In this document: positions 48,878-58,095 of the stretch, piece by piece | Layout: each line of letters opens with the position of its first letter | Position numbering within the stretch: the stretch's first letter is position 1 | Virus record (IMG/VR): IMGVR_UViG_3300025864_000016 | Coordinates: 1-62,459 of that record | DNA length: 62,459 bases | Direction: 5' to 3' (one strand) | DNA from: a virus | Taxonomy: Duplodnaviria; Caudoviricetes | Made by a program: the position numbers and the translations under genes | Notes under the pieces: generated by a model | What the model was told of the DNA's origin: nothing | The model's input: the letters and a program-made list of their open reading frames with translations, nothing else | The model's database searches: none

Positions 48878-50006
48878 GCATAACATTGTGACTGAGATTA
48901 GTTTGGGCGTGAGTGATTCCGAAGAGGGAATTATCACCGGAACAGCTCACGTCTGCGGAGTGCTGAACTCAACTAACCCTCCGATGGTGCTGCTGGCCGG
49001 TTCGTTTACAAAGACGATTAACGAAGGTGGGCAAAAGGTTCCCATTGAGATAGACCACGGTTCGGGCATTATGAAAGAGGTCGGCATAGGAGAGTTTTCC
49101 TATGATGGCAACGTTTTGACGCTCACTCGTGGTATGTTGAACATGGATTCTACCTATGTCCGTGAAGAGGTTTACCCGCGTTTGAAGCACCGCGCCGAAC
49201 ATGGCATGGCTACCGGCCTGTCCGTTGTTGTGGAGTTGCCGAAAGGTAAAGCCACATTCAAAGATGGGGCCTACCACGTAAGCGAAGTTATCCTCAAGAA
49301 AGTTGGCATTGTTGACGTACCTGCTAATGAGCCGTCCGTTATCACCACAGTTATGAGCGAAGAGAAACCTGATACTGAAGTAGCCGAAAATATCACGTTA
49401 GCGAAAACCTTTAACGATATTCTCAATGAGATTGAAGTACGTGAAGAAGAGCGAGACCTTGATAGTGAACGCTACAAACTCGACAGTGCTTTATCTTCAC
49501 TGATTTACCAGCTAACCGACGACGATACGCTCACCCCGATACAGGTTAAGGCCGCCGTGACACAGGGATTGAGCGACTACGCAACCGCAATGCTGACTTG
49601 GTTAGATGCATTACTCGCATTGAAGGCAACGGAGCCAGCAGAGAGCGACACAGAGGGGTCTAGCGGGGCACAGGAGGCCGAAGTCGAGTACGATGGCGCA
49701 ATGATGGGTCGTGGCGATAAAGCTCGTAACACGGCGGCAATGGCGGGGATTCATTCCCGTGTTGTCAAGTGCGCGTCTGAAATCCAAACCCACATGAAGA
49801 CACTTCGAGGAATGATGAACGACACCCCCGCAAAAATGGGGGCAACCACAGAAAATACTATAGATGAGCCGGAGCCGGAGACCACTGCTTTGTCGCAGCC
49901 GGAAACCACTACCACTCAGCAAGTAGATAACGTTTCAATGTCGGCAGAGTCTGCCGCATCTATCGCTGCAAATCTACAACGCAGCATAGATATTCTCACA
50001 AAGTAA
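48849..50006 (+). CDS. Prohead protease with long C-terminal extension
   Basis: GSFTKTI, IDH, GLSV, VDVPANE. Confidence 0.85.
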   Translation: MPQQTILKNRHNIVTEISLGVSDSEEGIITGTAHVCGVLNSTNPPMVLLAGSFTKTINEGGQKVPIEIDHGSGIMKEVGIGEFSYDGNVLTLTRGMLNMDSTYVREEVYPRLKHRAEHGMATGLSVVVELPKGKATFKDGAYHVSEVILKKVGIVDVPANEPSVITTVMSEEKPDTEVAENITLAKTFNDILNEIEVREEERDLDSERYKLDSALSSLIYQLTDDDTLTPIQVKAAVTQGLSDYATAMLTWLDALLALKATEPAESDTEGSSGAQEAEVEYDGAMMGRGDKARNTAAMAGIHSRVVKCASEIQTHMKTLRGMMNDTPAKMGATTENTIDEPEPETTALSQPETTTTQQVDNVSMSAESAASIAANLQRSIDILTK

Positions 50007-50019
50007 GAGGAGCAATTAA

Positions 50020-51177
50020 ATGGATGAATTAGTACAAAAGGTAGAGGAGCTTGCTGCTACTACCGCAGAGTTCAAGCGCACAAACGATGAGCGGCTTGCT
50101 ACCATCGAGGCTACGGGCAAAGAGTCTGTCATACAGACTGAAAAACTGGGGGCGATTGAGGCAGAATTGATTCGCCTTGAAGATTCTATCACTAAGCTGA
50201 ATCGCACATCCGCTGGCACTACCGCCGACGCGAAGGACGCGAAGACAGAAGCCTTTTTCGCTGGTATTCGCATGGGGTTGTCCCCGGATATGCCTTCCGA
50301 AATCAAGATGGGGATGACCGTAGCCAACGACACGACTGGTGGCTATCTGGCAAGCCCAGAGTACCTGTCCACAATCATGCGTAACATTAACGAGTACAGC
50401 GATGTGCGCGGCCTTGTTACCGTAAAGCCCACTACGAAAAAGGAAATCTCCTGGCCGACACGCACGCAGGGAACCGTGGCCCGGTTCGTCGGCGAGACTG
50501 AGCTCCGCACAGAGAGCCAGAACCCCCTGTATGGGCGCGATAAGATTCTCACTCGTGAGATGTATGCGATCATCGACGTGTCCAATGAAGACTTGGAAGA
50601 TAGCGATTATGACCTCGAAGGTATGATTCGCGACGAGATCACCGAGAGCTTCACCCTGCTGGAAGGCACGAGTGTTGTGTCCGGCACTGGTATAAACGGA
50701 GCGCCGTTCGGGTTCATGAATGCGGCTGGTATCGCTGAAGTCGTGTCTGGCGCTGCTACCACGATCCCTTCTGCCGACCCGCTTATTTCTTTGATGTACA
50801 ACATCAAAGACGTATATCAGCGCAATGGCGTTTGGGCTTTTAATCGCTCTACGTTGTCTGCTATCCGAAAACTGAAAGACGGGAATAACCAGTATCTGTG
50901 GGCACCGGGCATTGCTGGCGCAATCCCGAATACCATTCTTGACCGTCCGTATATCATTGTGCCGGATATGCCGAGCATTGGCGCTGGTCTGTACCCGGTC
51001 GTGTTCGGCGACCTCAAACGGGGTTACTGGCTAGTGGACCGCACTCAGCTCACCTTCACCCGCGACATCTATACACAGGCAACTTCTGGCTACGTTCGCA
51101 TCCTTGCCCGCAAGCGCATCGGTGGCAACGTGGTTCGCGCAGAGGCCTTTGCTAAACTGAAAATCGCCGCTTCCTAA
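50020..51177 (+). CDS. Major capsid protein (HK97 fold with delta domain)
   Basis: GGYL..PE, GTG...P.G, KLKDGNNQYLW, VVFGD, RIGG.V. Confidence 0.95.
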   Translation: MDELVQKVEELAATTAEFKRTNDERLATIEATGKESVIQTEKLGAIEAELIRLEDSITKLNRTSAGTTADAKDAKTEAFFAGIRMGLSPDMPSEIKMGMTVANDTTGGYLASPEYLSTIMRNINEYSDVRGLVTVKPTTKKEISWPTRTQGTVARFVGETELRTESQNPLYGRDKILTREMYAIIDVSNEDLEDSDYDLEGMIRDEITESFTLLEGTSVVSGTGINGAPFGFMNAAGIAEVVSGAATTIPSADPLISLMYNIKDVYQRNGVWAFNRSTLSAIRKLKDGNNQYLWAPGIAGAIPNTILDRPYIIVPDMPSIGAGLYPVVFGDLKRGYWLVDRTQLTFTRDIYTQATSGYVRILARKRIGGNVVRAEAFAKLKIAAS

Positions 51178-51189
51178 GGAGAGTAAATT

Positions 51190-51639
51190 ATGGCTAACGC
51201 AGGAACACTAATCGACATGAAGAATGTCGATGGCGTTAATATCCAAACAATACAGGATAGCGCCATTTATAATGTGGGCGGGGTTGACTACACGGGGGCG
51301 GCGATTGGTGCGATACTGGCTAATCAATTCCCCGCTGGCGTAACCGCCACCGCAGCGCAAATCAACAAGCTGGCCGCTGTTACCCCCGGTACGGTGGCCG
51401 CAAGCAAGGCGCTTGTCGTTGACGCACAGAAAACGCTCAACGAGCTTACCGTAACAGCACTGACCACGGGGGCTACCGTCACTATCGGGACAATCCCACT
51501 GGTGGCACTCACTGTGGCCGTAACCGCCAATTCCACTACCACGGCCCTCGCCGCAGGAACCTACGCCATTACCAGTAACGCTACTGGACTTGGCAAACTG
51601 TTCTATAGCGACGGTAGCAAGTGGCAGGTGGCCGCCTAG
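51190..51639 (+). CDS. Head fibre/decoration protein
   Basis: GVTATAAQINKL..VTPGT..ASKALVVD. Confidence 0.6.
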   Translation: MANAGTLIDMKNVDGVNIQTIQDSAIYNVGGVDYTGAAIGAILANQFPAGVTATAAQINKLAAVTPGTVAASKALVVDAQKTLNELTVTALTTGATVTIGTIPLVALTVAVTANSTTTALAAGTYAITSNATGLGKLFYSDGSKWQVAA

Positions 51640-51697
51640 TAATCAATACGGGGTGGGGGTAACTCCTCACCCCTTTCGTTCATAAGGAGAAAATAAC

Positions 51698-52135
51698 ATG
51701 CGTGATATTTATCACAACACAGGAGATACAATACTGCTGGAGCCGCAGGACTTGGCCCATACTAATACGTTGTCTGCAATAATTGACACCGTTGGTTTCG
51801 CAGGCGTTGACCTCAAGGTTATCGTTAGTGCGCTGACCGGCGTTGACGGCAGCAACTATCTGACCATTGTCGCTCAAGAGAGCGCCACTACCGCAACGGG
51901 CGCATTCACTACCGTCGCCGCTGGTGACCTACTGGGCGCGTTCACCGTCATTAACAGCACCAGCAAAGATAGCTTGGAGCAGAAAGTCGGATACATCGGC
52001 AACAAGCGGTACGTCCGCATTAGCCTGGTGTACACCGGCACGACTATCAGCGCCGGAGTTGTCGGCGTTATCGCCACCGTCGATAGTGCAAGTACGGCCC
52101 CGGTAACAGCACCAGCCATCACCGCCACCACGTAA
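51698..52135 (+). CDS. Capsid decoration/cement protein
   Basis: IDT.GF, QES, VGYIGNKRYVR. Confidence 0.7.
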   Translation: MRDIYHNTGDTILLEPQDLAHTNTLSAIIDTVGFAGVDLKVIVSALTGVDGSNYLTIVAQESATTATGAFTTVAAGDLLGAFTVINSTSKDSLEQKVGYIGNKRYVRISLVYTGTTISAGVVGVIATVDSASTAPVTAPAITATT

Positions 52136-52190
52136 GGCGAACAGGCAATCCCCGCGTGGTTATGCTGCGCGGGGAGATTAAGGGGGTAAT

Positions 52191-52781
52191 ATGAAACTTA
52201 CGCGAATCAGTGATAGCAGCGTAGAACCTGTGTCCTCCGCGCTAGTAAAGGCCCATCTCGTAGACGTTAATTCAAGCGACGACACACTATTAGCCATGTA
52301 TATCCGGCGGGCAAGAATGGCGCTGGAAGTTTTGTCCCGTTCAGCATTATGCGTGGGAACTGACACTCAAACATGGAAAGCCGTGTTTACATATCAAGAA
52401 TGGTTGGACGCGCAGGACGTCGATGGCACGATCACGCTCGGTTACGGCCCGATGAGTGCAGTAACAAGCATCATAGAAAGACGCAAATCAGCCACTACCA
52501 CAACCGTCAGCACTGATGTATATACCACTGACCCTTCCACAAATAGGATTCTTTTGAAAGATGATCAACTGTGGCCTGATATATCTGGTACGCATACAGA
52601 CTGCCTAGGATTTACAATCACATATACGGCAGTTAATACTGCACTACCGGATTGGGCCGCTGACGGGGTGTGTCGCCTTTGTGGTTATCTTTTTGAGCGT
52701 AGGGGTGATAGTGAGCCTGATAATATATTTGCTGTTGCGGGCCAGCTTGTTCCTGACGCTATTTCGTATGATGATTATTGA
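52191..52781 (+). CDS. Head-tail adaptor (gp6-like)
   Basis: EPVS...VKAHL.D...DD.LL..YI..AR; L..YLFERR. Confidence 0.85.
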   Translation: MKLTRISDSSVEPVSSALVKAHLVDVNSSDDTLLAMYIRRARMALEVLSRSALCVGTDTQTWKAVFTYQEWLDAQDVDGTITLGYGPMSAVTSIIERRKSATTTTVSTDVYTTDPSTNRILLKDDQLWPDISGTHTDCLGFTITYTAVNTALPDWAADGVCRLCGYLFERRGDSEPDNIFAVAGQLVPDAISYDDY

Positions 52782-52876
52782 CAAAACCAGGCGCAACATG
52801 TTATACTACCAAAAGTAATTACCCCGCACAAAATCTGATTGTACGGGGCGTATGAAATACCGATAGGAGGTATTGC
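52778..52876 (+). promoter_or_regulatory. Promoter and conserved hairpin leader of HNH-like copy 6
   Basis: TTGACA-18-TATACT; stem 52822-52848; GTATGAAATACC; AGGAGG. Confidence 0.85.
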
Positions 52877-53575
52877 ATGAGAACTAGTATACAGCGATTC
52901 AAAGATGGCGTCAATTACACGCTAGGCACTATGCCTGCCGGCATGAGATGGGGTAGGGGCACAGTTCAGAACCGTACACCTAGCCCATTTGGCGATCGCA
53001 AACCACGATATTCTTTACTGTGCGATTGTGGAAATATTTATATCGCATTTGGGCGTGATATTGTAAGTGGTCACACAAAATCTTGCGGGTGTTATAAGCA
53101 GGCAATGATTAAAGTCTGGTCGACAAAGCATGGATATAGCTTACCTACTAGTGAATATTATAGGTTGTATAAGTGCTGGATACACATGATTAGCCGCTGT
53201 TACGATATGAATGATTCTGGTTACAACGCTCATGGAGGACGCGGCATCACTGTTTGCAATGAGTGGCGAGATAATCCAGAAGTATTTCAAAGGTGGGCTA
53301 TAAGTAACGGATATTCTGACACCCTAACTCTCGACCGTTACCCTAACAACGACGGCAATTACGAACCTTCAAACTGCCGGTGGGCGACACGTAAGCAGCA
53401 GAATAGAAACACTCGGTCTAATCGCCTTATTATGGCATTTGGCGAGACGAAGTGTATTTCTGCATGGGTAGAAGATTCCCGCTGCGTTGTTTCCTATGCA
53501 ACTTTATGGTACAGACTAAAGAGTGGAATGGATACCGAAGACGCGATGACAAAACCTTCCCGGCGTAGCAAGTAA
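52877..53575 (+). CDS. HNH-like protein, copy 6
   Basis: LTLDRYPNNDGNYEPSNCRWAT. Confidence 0.85.
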   Translation: MRTSIQRFKDGVNYTLGTMPAGMRWGRGTVQNRTPSPFGDRKPRYSLLCDCGNIYIAFGRDIVSGHTKSCGCYKQAMIKVWSTKHGYSLPTSEYYRLYKCWIHMISRCYDMNDSGYNAHGGRGITVCNEWRDNPEVFQRWAISNGYSDTLTLDRYPNNDGNYEPSNCRWATRKQQNRNTRSNRLIMAFGETKCISAWVEDSRCVVSYATLWYRLKSGMDTEDAMTKPSRRSK

Positions 53576-53593
53576 CTACTTCACGATGTAAAA

Positions 53594-53626
53594 AAGAACT
53601 CTCAAATGAATCGGGGGTTCTTTTTT
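53594..53626 (+). terminator. Cassette terminator
   Basis: AAGAACTCTC...GGGGGTTCTT followed by a T run. Confidence 0.8.
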
Positions 53627-53651
53627 GTGCCATCTTTCGAGGATGTGACTT

Positions 53652-54365
53652 ATGGCTTATACACCAATATCATCGGCACAATGCCGCTATACAGCTACCA
53701 TACTCACCCCGACGCTTATTACTAGCCCGGCGACTACCGGACAGGTTACGTGGGGCAACCTCGGCTCAACGCCGACTTGCAGAGTTGCGGTAGCGTGGCC
53801 GTCACTCGCGAGCTTAAATCATATAACCAACGCCGATAACGGAAGTGTTGCCACACTCACAACAAGAAAACGGGCAGACGTTATCGTAGGCCACATGATT
53901 CAAGTGGTCATGGACGCCGTGACCAGAACCTTTGACATTATGGCGATAGTTCCACACCGCGCCGCTGGCTGGATGGAAATAACCGGCAGGGAAGTTACCC
54001 GGCCTTCAATTATGTACACAATGACCGTGCAAAGACAGACCATCGGGAATAGTGCTTTCGGTGACGGCATGGGGGGATTTACTTCCGCATCAGGCACAAG
54101 TGGGTACGCTACTACAGGGGTAACGCTAACAGGAATTCTCAACAGTATCGACGCCACAATCAGATACACGCCCGCAGTTAATGGGCAACTAATCTCGCAC
54201 GAATTTCACATACCTTATCGCAATGACTATAACACTGTTATCACCGCTGCTGACCGGCTGGTCATAGGCACCCGCAGCTTTTATATCGTTGGGATTGATG
54301 ATATGAATGAGCATCACACCGAGATATGCGTCTATCTTAACGAGTTGAAGCAAGCAGGTCAGTGA
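53652..54365 (+). CDS. Head closure (stopper) protein with two tandem gp16-like domains
   Basis: Position in the neck cluster; two repeats of the pattern T.Q....G...W/Y ... R.D..I/V....RT/SF.I..I....E. Confidence 0.7.
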   Translation: MAYTPISSAQCRYTATILTPTLITSPATTGQVTWGNLGSTPTCRVAVAWPSLASLNHITNADNGSVATLTTRKRADVIVGHMIQVVMDAVTRTFDIMAIVPHRAAGWMEITGREVTRPSIMYTMTVQRQTIGNSAFGDGMGGFTSASGTSGYATTGVTLTGILNSIDATIRYTPAVNGQLISHEFHIPYRNDYNTVITAADRLVIGTRSFYIVGIDDMNEHHTEICVYLNELKQAGQ

Positions 54366-54366
54366 T

Positions 54367-54843
54367 ATGCGAGTAATTGGCGTTGACAAACTATCTGGCT
54401 ACTTCGCGAAGAAGCAAGCCGCTATCGAAGAAAAGGTAAAAGAAGCATTGATGCTGCGGGCAAAGGTTATACAGGACAAGGCAAAGTACCTTGCAGCTCC
54501 GCCGCCTAAAGTTTGGAGATTCACTCGCTTACCAACCGGGGGCAGGAGTCGTACCGGACAACCAAATACGCCGGTTCCTTCAACTTCCGATAGCATTGCT
54601 GATATGATAGAGATTATCCCATTAAATGGCGGGCTTACCATTCGCATTGTCAGCAGGCACTGGGTAAGTCTTTGGTTTGAGTTTGGCACGGGTGATACGG
54701 CAAGCACCGGCCCATTTCCGAATCCTCCGCATAATAGGTCATTCAATCGCGGCATGTACGCTTCACCGTTTATGGTTCCTGCGCTAGAAACCTCGCGAAT
54801 GGGCACAATACGGGCGGTTAAAGCCGCACTAGGGGGTAAGTAA
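54367..54843 (+). CDS. HK97 gp10-like neck protein
   Basis: AKYLA, WFEFGT, GMYASPFMVPALE. Confidence 0.85.
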   Translation: MRVIGVDKLSGYFAKKQAAIEEKVKEALMLRAKVIQDKAKYLAAPPPKVWRFTRLPTGGRSRTGQPNTPVPSTSDSIADMIEIIPLNGGLTIRIVSRHWVSLWFEFGTGDTASTGPFPNPPHNRSFNRGMYASPFMVPALETSRMGTIRAVKAALGGK

Positions 54844-55292
54844 TGCCAACAGAAACCGGATTCAGTATTCCGTTTGCTGCAATACAAGCTGGGATTTACA
54901 CGAAACTCAATGCCGCCGTGACTTATGGCGGAGTCGCCGTTCCCGTGTTGAGCAGTCCGCCAATGGAGTTTACGCCAAGGCGCATCGAAATTGGCGAAGA
55001 CACCGCAGATGCCTTCTGGGGCAAGGATTTCAAGGGCTGGTACACGACGACGACTATTCATGTCTGGGACAGCGGTGGTAGCCGCGCACCCGTGTTAAGT
55101 ATCATGGATTCTGTGTCGAAACTACTCACAAAATTCAGTAGCCCAATTTCACTGGGCACGGGATTTTACAACATCGCAACTTTTCCCGGAGCAACGCTTT
55201 GTATCCGCGACAGTTTCGACGAAGTCCTCAAGCTACCCGTATATCACGGAGTTTTGAGACTTAAGCTATATATTCAGCAGGCTACGGCCTAG
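54843..55292 (+). CDS. Tail terminator (DUF3168-like)
   Basis: AIQAGIYTKL, IGED, TIHVW, YHGVLR. Confidence 0.8.
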   Translation: MPTETGFSIPFAAIQAGIYTKLNAAVTYGGVAVPVLSSPPMEFTPRRIEIGEDTADAFWGKDFKGWYTTTTIHVWDSGGSRAPVLSIMDSVSKLLTKFSSPISLGTGFYNIATFPGATLCIRDSFDEVLKLPVYHGVLRLKLYIQQATA

Positions 55293-55310
55293 CACTAAAG
55301 GAGAAAGAAA

Positions 55311-56159
55311 ATGCCAACACCAACACTTGTTGCCGGCAAAAACCTAAACATTGGGCCGCAGACTGCGGGCGTAGTAACGCCATTAAAGTTTTCGCGCGGC
55401 GGTGATATATCTATCACCGGGACTACCTTTGATGGCGCTCACAAGGGCGACCCATCAACCCCGAACTTCGTCGGCTATACCGAATGGAACGCCGCCGTTA
55501 GTGGAGTATTAGACGATACAGCCGCAGAGGTGTCGGGCATCAAATGCACACTCACCCGTGCAGGCGGACTCGTTTTCTGCGGCGACGTCTCCATTGACAT
55601 TAATATGGGGTTCGCCAGTGCGAAGGTTCACGACCTGTATCCCAATACGGTTTTCGCTCCGACGCAGTATACGTGGAGTGCAACAGCAAATACCTTTTGG
55701 ACTTCTGACGGCACCCCTTCAGAACTGACCGCCGAATTGTTGGCGGCATTGGAAGGCACTGATTTCCCCGCCGATGATGGCATAGAGGTGGTTTTCACCA
55801 TTGGTTCTGCCATAACACTGACAGGCAACGGGAAAATTCATTCGTCTAAAACTTCTGGCGGGCACACCGACTTCGTGAAGAACGACTTCTCTATCATCGG
55901 AGATGGCGTGCTTACTCCGGTTATTACTGGAGCTTCACAGTTAGTGGCCGTTCTGACACCATTACTCGCGGGCACAGTTATTGCTATTGGGGTAAACGTT
56001 GGCGGGACAGGGTCTCCACTTACGGGCGGGAATGTCCTGGTTGGCAACAGCTACGGCAAGTCTGTCAAGATCAGTGCTCCAGTCGATGGCATCGCTACCT
56101 TCGACATCGCACTTCAGGGAACTGGGGCACTTGGCCCGTATGTCCCAGTAATACCGTAA
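55311..56159 (+). CDS. Major tail tube protein (internally duplicated)
   Basis: Position; tube-type motifs W.A...G and A..D...TF...LQGTGAL. Confidence 0.8.
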   Translation: MPTPTLVAGKNLNIGPQTAGVVTPLKFSRGGDISITGTTFDGAHKGDPSTPNFVGYTEWNAAVSGVLDDTAAEVSGIKCTLTRAGGLVFCGDVSIDINMGFASAKVHDLYPNTVFAPTQYTWSATANTFWTSDGTPSELTAELLAALEGTDFPADDGIEVVFTIGSAITLTGNGKIHSSKTSGGHTDFVKNDFSIIGDGVLTPVITGASQLVAVLTPLLAGTVIAIGVNVGGTGSPLTGGNVLVGNSYGKSVKISAPVDGIATFDIALQGTGALGPYVPVIP

Positions 56160-56242
56160 TTGTGTGGTAAGTAACCACACAAGCACTGGTGGGGACAATT
56201 CAGTCCCCACCCTACATTTCAGTTTTATAAGGGGGAAATTAG

Positions 56243-56782
56243 ATGGCTAACATAGGCAAAAGAGCAAAGCCAACACTCGCGCCGGTGGCTCCGGTAGAAG
56301 TTCCGCAAGCCGACGTATTCACCACGAATGGTGACGTAGAAGTTTACGTTCCCGGGATGGAACGCACGGGGTACTTCCAGTTAAACGCACGCTCAATCAG
56401 CAACCTCCAGCGCAAGTTTGGTAAGTCGATCAAGGATTTATACGCTGACATTGCGATGAAGGCAGAGGGCGACATTCTTTCTGCTGTCCTTGTGGAAGGC
56501 TTTAACGCCCCGATTGAGCGTGACAAATACAACGCAAGCAAGGGCAGGCCGGGGCCGCTGGCTGACGAAGAGTTATGGACAGAGGACGACGTTCTCTACA
56601 ACATCAATACCAACAACATTGGCTACTTGAGTGAACAGCTCGTGACCGGATTTGGAAAGGCATTCGGGGTGGATATCCCCCAAATATTGCGCCTGCTCTC
56701 CACATTAACGGAGGCGGGCAAGGAGATGGAGACAGCGATGGCGGCGTCTGGAGCAGTACTAGCTGGTATCGACAATATTTAG
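56243..56782 (+). CDS. Tail assembly chaperone
   Basis: Lies between tube and TMP; FQLN..I..LQRKFGK. Confidence 0.7.
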   Translation: MANIGKRAKPTLAPVAPVEVPQADVFTTNGDVEVYVPGMERTGYFQLNARSISNLQRKFGKSIKDLYADIAMKAEGDILSAVLVEGFNAPIERDKYNASKGRPGPLADEELWTEDDVLYNINTNNIGYLSEQLVTGFGKAFGVDIPQILRLLSTLTEAGKEMETAMAASGAVLAGIDNI

Positions 56783-57321
56783 TTGCGGGTGGCGACCCCG
56801 ACATTGAAGCCTTCGGGTTCCTAATTCCATGGGAGATATCCGAGTTTGTTGGGGCGTATAGCCTGCGAAAGAATGAGGCGATACTGCTCGAAGATGAGCG
56901 ATTCGCTAGGAGCCTGTGGTACACGTTAAACTGTGGAACTATGGGCATCAGTGAGAAGAGTAGCTGGCTGAAAGTCGAAGACCTGCGCATGTTCAACCGC
57001 GATGGCGACAAGCAGGAAATTGACGAGAAGAAAGTTGCCAAGCCTAAACGCCTGACCCGCAAACAGAAGATAGCGGCAGAGCGTGCGAGACGCAAACAAT
57101 GGGCATCCTTTGCTGTTTCAATACCTTCATTAGCAGAAACACAATCGCGCCTGTACGAAATATCGCAACTGCCGAACACTGACGTTTCCTGCTATGAGAC
57201 ATGGACAGAGTTGAACAAAGAGCGACTGGCAAAAGCGAAACTTAGTGACGCACAACGACTAAAGGCGTTGATAGACGATAAGACCCGCTTGCACAACAAT
57301 CCAGTTTGTGGTATACTATGA
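56635..57321 (+). CDS. Chaperone -1 frameshift extension (GT-like)
   Basis: The -1 frame is open from 56635 to 57321 and overlaps the chaperone; no strong RBS. Confidence 0.6.
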   Translation, partial: TARDRIWKGIRGGYPPNIAPALHINGGGQGDGDSDGGVWSSTSWYRQYLVAGGDPDIEAFGFLIPWEISEFVGAYSLRKNEAILLEDERFARSLWYTLNCGTMGISEKSSWLKVEDLRMFNRDGDKQEIDEKKVAKPKRLTRKQKIAAERARRKQWASFAVSIPSLAETQSRLYEISQLPNTDVSCYETWTELNKERLAKAKLSDAQRLKALIDDKTRLHNNPVCGIL

Positions 57322-57387
57322 ATAGAAAGTGCCCACCGCAAAGACTAATTGCGGTGGGCGTATGAAATACCTAGAAGGAGGTATCGC
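57289..57387 (+). promoter_or_regulatory. Promoter and conserved hairpin leader of HNH-like copy 7
   Basis: TTGCAC-17-TATACT; 11-bp stem 57331-57359; GTATGAAATACC; AGGAGG. Confidence 0.85.
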
Positions 57388-58074
57388 ATGAGACCTAGTA
57401 TAGCACGAGTCAAAGACGGAGTCAACTACACGACGGACAACATGCCCGTAGGTATGGTTTGGAATTGGCTCACAGTCAAAGAGCATGAAGTAGAGAGAAT
57501 CAAGGGACATTTAAGGCATTTCTATATTTGCGTCTGCGAATGTGGAAACATTTGCCGCGTAGAAGGCAATAATTTAATCAGTGGCCATACCAAGTCATGC
57601 GGGTGTTATCGGCGCGAGGTAATTACTACGCACGGCGACCGTGTGGTGGGTAGCGAGTATTTTAGACTGCATCAGTGCTGGGCAGCTATGATGAATCGTT
57701 GCTACAACAAAAACAGTGACAGTTACCATACTCATGGCGGGCGCGGTATTACAGTTTGTGTGGCATGGAGAGATAGCTCGGTATTCAAGGAATGGTCTCT
57801 CGCTAATGGCTATTCGGATAAACTCACCCTTGATAGAGAAAATAACGAAAGTGGCAACTATGAACCATCCAACTGCAGGTGGGCTACAGCGAAGCAACAG
57901 GCGAGGAATCGACGGGATAATCACATGATTACTGCTTTCGGAGAAACCAAGTGTATCGCTGAATGGGCTGAAGACGTCCGCTGCGTTGTTGCTGCTGGCA
58001 CTTTGCGTATGAGACTAAAGCGCGGCATGGAACCCGAAGAAGCGATGACTAAATATAGCAGGCAGAGCAAATAG
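57388..58074 (+). CDS. HNH-like protein, copy 7
   Basis: LTLDRENNESGNYEPSNCRWAT. Confidence 0.85.
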   Translation: MRPSIARVKDGVNYTTDNMPVGMVWNWLTVKEHEVERIKGHLRHFYICVCECGNICRVEGNNLISGHTKSCGCYRREVITTHGDRVVGSEYFRLHQCWAAMMNRCYNKNSDSYHTHGGRGITVCVAWRDSSVFKEWSLANGYSDKLTLDRENNESGNYEPSNCRWATAKQQARNRRDNHMITAFGETKCIAEWAEDVRCVVAAGTLRMRLKRGMEPEEAMTKYSRQSK

Positions 58075-58095
58075 CGATTTCACATCTAAAATATT

